A stretch of DNA of 64,000 bases from Trueperaceae bacterium (GTDB lineage Bacteria > Deinococcota > Deinococci > Deinococcales > Trueperaceae). This document shows, one piece after another, positions 58,429 to 64,000 of this stretch (positions within the stretch are counted from its first letter, which is position 1; every line of letters begins with the position of its first letter). The notes below the pieces were generated by a model that saw only the letters and a program-made list of their open reading frames with translations, did no database searches and was not told where the DNA came from. The stretch spans positions 3,072,001 to 3,136,000 of the forward strand of contig OZ243927.1 in assembly GCA_965213925.1 (NCBI GenBank). Reading direction: 5' to 3'. A program made the position numbers and the translations under genes.

Positions 58429-59747
58429 GCTACCGCGACGTAGGTCAGCGTTTGAGCGACAAAGCCAAGGGCGGCTTAGAGGAAATTTTGGACAGCGGCT
58501 CTCGCGAGGTCGAGGTGGCGGTCGGGCGCAAGCTCGACCAGATGTTGGGCTCGGTCAAGCGCAACGTGCAAGAGGGCGACCTGAGCCGCTTCAAGTCGGT
58601 GGACGAGGAGCGCATCTTGAGCTTCGTGCCCGACAAGCGCCGCCCTTCCGGGCTCGGGCTCTTCACACTCGGGCTGCTCGCTCTGGTTCTCTTACCGGGC
58701 TGGCTCAAAGCGTTCGCGCTCCCCGGCTTGCTTTTAGGGACGCTCGTCTTCGCGGGGCGCTACTTGAACAACGCTCGAGTTGACGTTCCTGACGGCTACA
58801 CCGGCGTCCTCTGTCGCTACGGCAAACCCATCACCGGGCGCAGCGCCAAAACCGGGCGCAACTGGCTCTTCCGCTTCGACACCTTTATCCCCTTTCTCGT
58901 CTCGCAGCGTGACCAAGTCGTGGACCTAGAAGACGCCAACTTCACCGCCGACTACGCCAGCATCTCACTTTCGCAGCAGCTCGCCTTCCGCGTGACCCGC
59001 CCCGACGTGTTTGTCGAGCAGAGCAGCCCCGGCAACATCATGAAAATCTTGAGCCTCTACGCAGGCTACCTCAACTTGCGCATCATCACCTCCATCGAGG
59101 ACGCGCGGGTTAAGTTTAGCGGACGCGACCGCATCGACAACATTATCGGAGCGCTCAACGACAACCTCAAGGATACGTACGGCATCGAAATCGTGCGCGG
59201 CAGTATGCCCTCGGCGAACAACGACATCCTGCTCGACTTAGAGGCGATAAGAACGCTCCTCAAAGAGATCGAAGCGATGACGGAGACGCAGCAAGTCCGC
59301 GTCGAAGCGGCTGTGAAACAGGTCGAGTCGCAACTGCGCACCCGCCGCAAAGAGACGCGCAGCCGCGCGTTTGACCTGCAGCAAGCCAAAGTCAGGCTCG
59401 ACACAAGCGTGGCGGAGCAGGTCGGCGCGGCGAAGCAGGCGAGCTTAGTGCGGGCGCGGCAAGAACTCGAGGAAGCCGCCTCCGAAGTGCGCCGCGAACT
59501 CGCTAACCTAGCGGCACGTGAGCAGAAAAACCGCGATTTGCAGGACTCGGTGGAGGGCTTAGAGCTGGAATTCAAACTGCGCCTCGCCGAGTTGAGGGAG
59601 CGCTACGCGCATCAGCTCTTACCCGAGCAGATAGAGGTTTTATCCGTGAAAGGGTTGGGGCAAGGGTTGACGCTCGGGCGGGCGCTGAGCGAGGCGGGGC
59701 AGCTTTTTAAGGTGTTGCCGGAGCAAAGGGGGAATGACGAGGGGTGA
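58425..59747 (+). CDS. SPFH/band-7 domain membrane protein with coiled-coil C-terminus
   Basis: GTGA overlap with the upstream stop, GGAGG RBS, 2 TMs, VPDGYTGVL.RYGK, FT.DY.SI....FRV..P..F and YGIEI patterns. Confidence 0.75.
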   Translation: MSYRDVGQRLSDKAKGGLEEILDSGSREVEVAVGRKLDQMLGSVKRNVQEGDLSRFKSVDEERILSFVPDKRRPSGLGLFTLGLLALVLLPGWLKAFALPGLLLGTLVFAGRYLNNARVDVPDGYTGVLCRYGKPITGRSAKTGRNWLFRFDTFIPFLVSQRDQVVDLEDANFTADYASISLSQQLAFRVTRPDVFVEQSSPGNIMKILSLYAGYLNLRIITSIEDARVKFSGRDRIDNIIGALNDNLKDTYGIEIVRGSMPSANNDILLDLEAIRTLLKEIEAMTETQQVRVEAAVKQVESQLRTRRKETRSRAFDLQQAKVRLDTSVAEQVGAAKQASLVRARQELEEAASEVRRELANLAAREQKNRDLQDSVEGLELEFKLRLAELRERYAHQLLPEQIEVLSVKGLGQGLTLGRALSEAGQLFKVLPEQRGNDEG

Positions 59748-59922
59748 GGTCCCTATTCCTTCACACCTCACTTTGCGGTAAACTGTTGCGGTTGTCAGGG
59801 CGTGAGGAATTTCACAGCAAATCGACGCTGACGCACCTGTGCTCGAGGTTTCCTATGTTCATTCTTCCTTCTTTATTATTGGCGCTTTTCAGACGCCGCA
59901 ACGCACCTTCTAAAAGGATTCT

Positions 59923-61434
59923 ATGCTCAGATCATTAAGAGAAAGAGACTTCGACCTTTCACGGATCGTGAGCGGCTCGAGCCTCTACACCGCGTCACTC
60001 GTCCTCCTCCTCGGTTGGGCGTACACCTCTACACTGTTACCTGGTATCGGCTACACGGGCGACACGGTCAAGTTTCAGTACCTCGGCGAGATTTTAGGCA
60101 TCCCGCACCCGACGGGCTACCCGCTCTACTTGGTGCTGAACAACCTCTTCGTCAACGTGTTCCCGTTCGGTTCGCTGGCGTACAAAGCGAATCTACTCTC
60201 GGCTGTCTTTGCCGTCGCCGCGTGTGTCGTCTTTTTCCGGCTGCTCCTCTATTTAGGGCTCGGTCGCATGGGCGCGTTGGCGCTTTCGCTCTCGCTCGGG
60301 CTAAGCTACGTCCTCTGGTCGCAAGCGGTTGTCGCCGAGGTCTACACGCTCCACCTCTTGCTGATGACGAGCGTCATGTACGCGCTTATTCGCTGGCACA
60401 GCGGTGAAGAAAAGATGTTCTACGTCGCTACGGGTCTTTACGCGCTCTCCTTCGGCAACCACCTCACCTCGATTACGCTTTTGCCTGCCTTTGTCTATAT
60501 TACGCTCGCAACGAACCCCAAAGTCTTCATTCAGCCACGCAAAGTCCTTTGGGTGGTGGGCGTGGTCATCCTCGGCGCACTCCAGTACAGCTACCTCTTC
60601 TGGCGGCTCAACAACGAGTTTTTCTACGCGGAACTCTTTACGGGCAGGAGTTTTGACAACCTACGCGACTTCTTAACGGGCGGCAACTTCAAAGAGTCGA
60701 TGTTCGCCTTTACAGGAGCGCAACTTTGGAGCGAACGTTTGCCTTTAGCGCTCACGATTCTGACGCGCAGCTTCCCGGTTATCGGGCTCGCCGCGCTGGG
60801 CGTTGCGGCGCAGGCGAAGCGGCTACACGTCGTCAACTTCGTGCTGATTTACTTCCTGTCGCACACCTACTACGCGATGAACTACAACATCCCTGACATC
60901 GAGGTTTACTTCATCCCGAGTATTATGGCGCTGGCACTGCTGGCAGGGTTAGGGCTCAGTGAGCTTTTACAAGACGCTAATGCGCCGCGCTTGGCGCTCC
61001 TTTTAGCCGTACCGCTCGGGCTTTTGTTTATGAACTACCGCGAGGTTGATTTAAGTCACATCACCGCGCCGCAGGGCGAGGCGGCGGCGATTATTAGCGC
61101 CGTTCAGCGCGACGCCATTATCTCGACGAGCGGCTATAACCGGATGCAGTACATGTTCTACCACACGCTCGGGCTCAAAAAGCAGCGCGACAACCTCTTT
61201 GTGACGAATTACGGAAGAAACGGAGCGTTCCTCCAATCTTATCTGAGAGGTGAAGCGCCGCCCGAAATCGGCGAGCCGCCGCTTTTATTGGCGCAAGAGG
61301 GCAAAAATCCGCCGCCGGGTCTGCGCGTTTTCTGCTGGGAATGCGCGAACCCGCAAGCGCTACAAAAGCACGGCTTCGACGTACAAATGACGGGTGTGGC
61401 GGGGCTTTACAGGCTCGAGCTAGCCAATCCGTAG
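59923..61434 (+). CDS. DUF2723/TMEM260-like GT-C membrane glycosyltransferase
   Basis: GDT..FQ, LGIPHPTGYPLY, NLLSA, WSQAVVAEVY.L and GNH motifs; multi-TM. Confidence 0.85.
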   Translation: MLRSLRERDFDLSRIVSGSSLYTASLVLLLGWAYTSTLLPGIGYTGDTVKFQYLGEILGIPHPTGYPLYLVLNNLFVNVFPFGSLAYKANLLSAVFAVAACVVFFRLLLYLGLGRMGALALSLSLGLSYVLWSQAVVAEVYTLHLLLMTSVMYALIRWHSGEEKMFYVATGLYALSFGNHLTSITLLPAFVYITLATNPKVFIQPRKVLWVVGVVILGALQYSYLFWRLNNEFFYAELFTGRSFDNLRDFLTGGNFKESMFAFTGAQLWSERLPLALTILTRSFPVIGLAALGVAAQAKRLHVVNFVLIYFLSHTYYAMNYNIPDIEVYFIPSIMALALLAGLGLSELLQDANAPRLALLLAVPLGLLFMNYREVDLSHITAPQGEAAAIISAVQRDAIISTSGYNRMQYMFYHTLGLKKQRDNLFVTNYGRNGAFLQSYLRGEAPPEIGEPPLLLAQEGKNPPPGLRVFCWECANPQALQKHGFDVQMTGVAGLYRLELANP

Positions 61435-61459
61435 ACGTGTTCGGTAGAGCGGGGGCGTT

Positions 61460-62959
61460 ATGAGTCAGGCAAGTGTAAAGACGGACGAGGCGAAAACGCG
61501 GCTCTGGCGGAGCGTGAGCACGCGGAACCTCCCGCTGCTCGCCCTCGTGCTCATTCTCGGGTGGGCTTACGCGGCGACGCTGCTACCCGGCGTCGGCTTT
61601 TCCGGCGACACCGCTAAGTTCCAGTTCTTAGGCAAGATTTTAGGCATCCCGCACCCGACGGGCTACCCGCTCTACTTGGTGCTGAATAACCTCTTCGTCA
61701 ACGTGTTCCCGTTCGGCAGCGTTGCCTACAGAGCCAACCTGCTCTCGGCGGTGTTCGCTGTCGGCGGTTGCGTCGTCCTCTTCAAGCTTCTGGGGCACTT
61801 GGGACTCAAACCTCTACTCGCCCTTTTTACCGCGCTCTCCCTCGGACTGAGCCGAATTTTATGGTCACAGGCCGTCGTCGCGGAGGTCTACACGCTCCAC
61901 CTTTTACTGATGACGAGCGTACTTTACGCGCTTATTCGCTGGCATCATGGGGAGGAGCGAGCGTTCTACGTCGCTACTGGGCTTTACGCGCTCTCCTTCG
62001 GCAACCACCTCACCTCGATCACTTTGCTCCCTGCGTTCGTCTACATGACGCTCGCCACTAACCCCAGAGTCTTCATCCAGCCGCGCAAAATTCTTTGGGT
62101 TGTAACTGTAGTAGTGATCGGCGCACTCCAGTACAGCTACCTCTTCTGGCGCTACTTCAACCCTGAGGTTTACTACGCCGAAGTCTTCGACGGGACCAAT
62201 CTAATGACCTACGTGACTGGCGGCGACTTCAAGAACGTTATGTTCACGTACACTTGGCGGCAACTCCTCACCGAGCGGCTGCCTTTCGTGCTGACGCTGC
62301 TCAGCCGCAGCCTGCCGCTCTGGGGGCTCGCCGCGCTCGGAGCAGTTATAGGCTTAAAGCGTCACAAGCACATTACTTTGGGCGTGCTCATCTACCTCTT
62401 GTCGCACACGTTTTACGCGATGAACTACAACATCCCCGACATCGCGGTCTACTTCATCCCGAGTACGCTAATACTCGCGCTGTTGGCGGGTACCGCGCTG
62501 CTCGCGTGGCAAACGCCAGGGGCGGATCGGAGCGTCGCGGCTGCGCCCCTCTTCCTTATTCCTTTAGTTTTCCTCTTGCTGAATTACCGGGCTGTCGATA
62601 TGAGTCAGCAAACGGCTGACCAACGAGGCGTCGAGGCGGTTCTTGGGGCGGTGCAAGAACGCGCGGTGATTCTCACGCCCAACTACAATACGTACGAGTA
62701 CTTCCTCTACTATTTGCTAGCTGAAGGGTGGGAGGAGCAAGATGTGTACGTCGCGTTTTTTAGCGGCAACATCGACACGACGAAAGCGTACTTGCGTGAG
62801 GGTACGCCTTACGATTTGGCGAACACGAAAAATCCGCCGCCGGGCTTGCAGGTTTACTGCTATCTGTGCGGTGACGCGGCGCGGCTGCAGAGCTTGGGCT
62901 TCTCTTTGGAGACGATGGCGGGGGGGCTTTATAGGCTAGGGCTACCCTCACTCCGGTAG
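61460..62959 (+). CDS. DUF2723/TMEM260-like GT-C membrane glycosyltransferase (tandem paralogue)
   Basis: Same motifs as 59923-61434 with a near-identical N-terminal half. Confidence 0.85.
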   Translation: MSQASVKTDEAKTRLWRSVSTRNLPLLALVLILGWAYAATLLPGVGFSGDTAKFQFLGKILGIPHPTGYPLYLVLNNLFVNVFPFGSVAYRANLLSAVFAVGGCVVLFKLLGHLGLKPLLALFTALSLGLSRILWSQAVVAEVYTLHLLLMTSVLYALIRWHHGEERAFYVATGLYALSFGNHLTSITLLPAFVYMTLATNPRVFIQPRKILWVVTVVVIGALQYSYLFWRYFNPEVYYAEVFDGTNLMTYVTGGDFKNVMFTYTWRQLLTERLPFVLTLLSRSLPLWGLAALGAVIGLKRHKHITLGVLIYLLSHTFYAMNYNIPDIAVYFIPSTLILALLAGTALLAWQTPGADRSVAAAPLFLIPLVFLLLNYRAVDMSQQTADQRGVEAVLGAVQERAVILTPNYNTYEYFLYYLLAEGWEEQDVYVAFFSGNIDTTKAYLREGTPYDLANTKNPPPGLQVYCYLCGDAARLQSLGFSLETMAGGLYRLGLPSLR

Positions 62960-62988
62960 TTGAATAAACCCTCCAACTGAGCCGATCT

Positions 62989-64000
62989 TTAGTCACCCGG
63001 CGCGGCAAGAGGTTTCTGATTCGTCCTCGGCAGTTTCCGCGCCGCTAAAAGCGCTGTCAAAAGGAATAAGAGACCCGTCGCCACGAACGTCCCCCGGTAG
63101 CCGCTCCAAAACACTACCGCCGCGCCCAAGAGGGGTGACGCCGCCCGCGCCGCCGCCACAATCGCGTTATCGAGCCCGTACACGGAGCCTTCCTCGCCAG
63201 GCTCCGTGTACTGCGCTAAAAGTGCGCCCAAAGCAGGCATCACCCCGCCGATCGCTGCACCTGTGAAAGCGTAAAGCACGAGCAGTTGCCACGCGGACGT
63301 AACCAAGCTCATCGGCAGATAGAAAAGCGCCGCCGTTACCGCGCTCGCTACTAGGATAGGCTTGTGACCGATGCGGTCTCCCAGCTTGCCGAGATAAATC
63401 GCGCTTGCGGTTCCCGTTGCCGAGGCGATACCGATGGCAAGCCCCGTGTAGATACTGGCTTGGTCTTGGTCCGCCAAGAGCGACGCTACGAAAAGCGCTA
63501 AAAAGGGGATAATCATCGTGCGCCCGAGCCACACACTAAAGCGCACCAAGAAGGTCAAGTTGACCCCCGGTGCATCTGTAACGTGCTTCCAGTCCGCTAG
63601 GAGTGTGAGGCGTCGCCCCTTCAGGATCGGCACAAAGTCCTCTTTCACGCCGAAGAGCACGAGGAACCCACCTAAAAGGAGCAGCAGCGCCGTCACAAGA
63701 AACGCCGCTCTCGGACCATACGCGAACGCCAACACCCCGCCGATAACCGGACCGATGGACAACCCGCACCACAAGCCGACTTGCAACACGCCCATCGCGT
63801 AACCGATGCGCTCACGCGGCGCGACCGACGCGATGAGCGCGTTTGCCGCCGAGACGACGCCCGTCACTAATCCCTGAATTGCCCGTAGGAGGACGAGCTG
63901 CTCCGCGCTGCCGACGAACGCCATCGCCCCCACGATAATCGCGCCCCCGAAGAGCGCCCGCTCCACCATCAGCTTGCGCCCGACGCGGTCGGAAATCGCG
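62989..64000 (-). CDS. MFS transporter, DHA1/MdtG-like (5'-truncated by window edge)
   Basis: SDRVGRK and G.LGDRIGHK motif A, R.IQG and GP..GG motifs. Confidence 0.88.
   Translation of the reverse strand, partial: AISDRVGRKLMVERALFGGAIIVGAMAFVGSAEQLVLLRAIQGLVTGVVSAANALIASVAPRERIGYAMGVLQVGLWCGLSIGPVIGGVLAFAYGPRAAFLVTALLLLLGGFLVLFGVKEDFVPILKGRRLTLLADWKHVTDAPGVNLTFLVRFSVWLGRTMIIPFLALFVASLLADQDQASIYTGLAIGIASATGTASAIYLGKLGDRIGHKPILVASAVTAALFYLPMSLVTSAWQLLVLYAFTGAAIGGVMPALGALLAQYTEPGEEGSVYGLDNAIVAAARAASPLLGAAVVFWSGYRGTFVATGLLFLLTALLAARKLPRTNQKPLAAPGD

Noticed and set aside
59744..59938. 64-aa ORF bridging the SPFH and DUF2723 genes
   Set aside because: No recognisable features, and it overlaps both neighbours; more likely a terminator/promoter region.

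Overview
A GC-rich bacterial chromosomal window, most consistent with Deinococcota (Truepera-like). That assignment is an inference from the many leaderless-type promoters, the TmrAB-like ABC pair and the Deinococcus/Thermus-style NrdJ. Core genes include gnd, purH, nrdJ, ffh-rpsP-khpA-rimM-trmD, pilD and tRNA-Arg(CCG). Accessory or poorly understood modules: (1) an orphan DUF1629/Imm11-like immunity gene wedged between the two halves of a heterodimeric ABC exporter; (2) a form-II coxG-S-L-M molybdoenzyme cluster next to a cupin/Tm-1-like (UPF0261)/TIM-barrel trio; (3) an AT-richer two-gene islet encoding a secreted Cys-stapled coiled-coil protein and a lipoprotein; (4) a 405-aa LAGLIDADG intein with a rare C-terminal Gln in the NrdJ NP/CGE active site; (5) an archaeal-style XPB-Bax1 (DUF790) pair; (6) a translationally coupled pair of very divergent SPFH proteins; (7) tandem TMEM260/DUF2723-like glycosyltransferases. 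Non-coding signals include GTAG-type REP palindromes, heptamer-built intergenic hairpins, a MITE/REP composite, and NrdR, Zur/Fur, CRP and TetR operator candidates. No CRISPR array, rRNA, integrase or transposase was seen. All family assignments come from motif recognition by eye; no searches were run.
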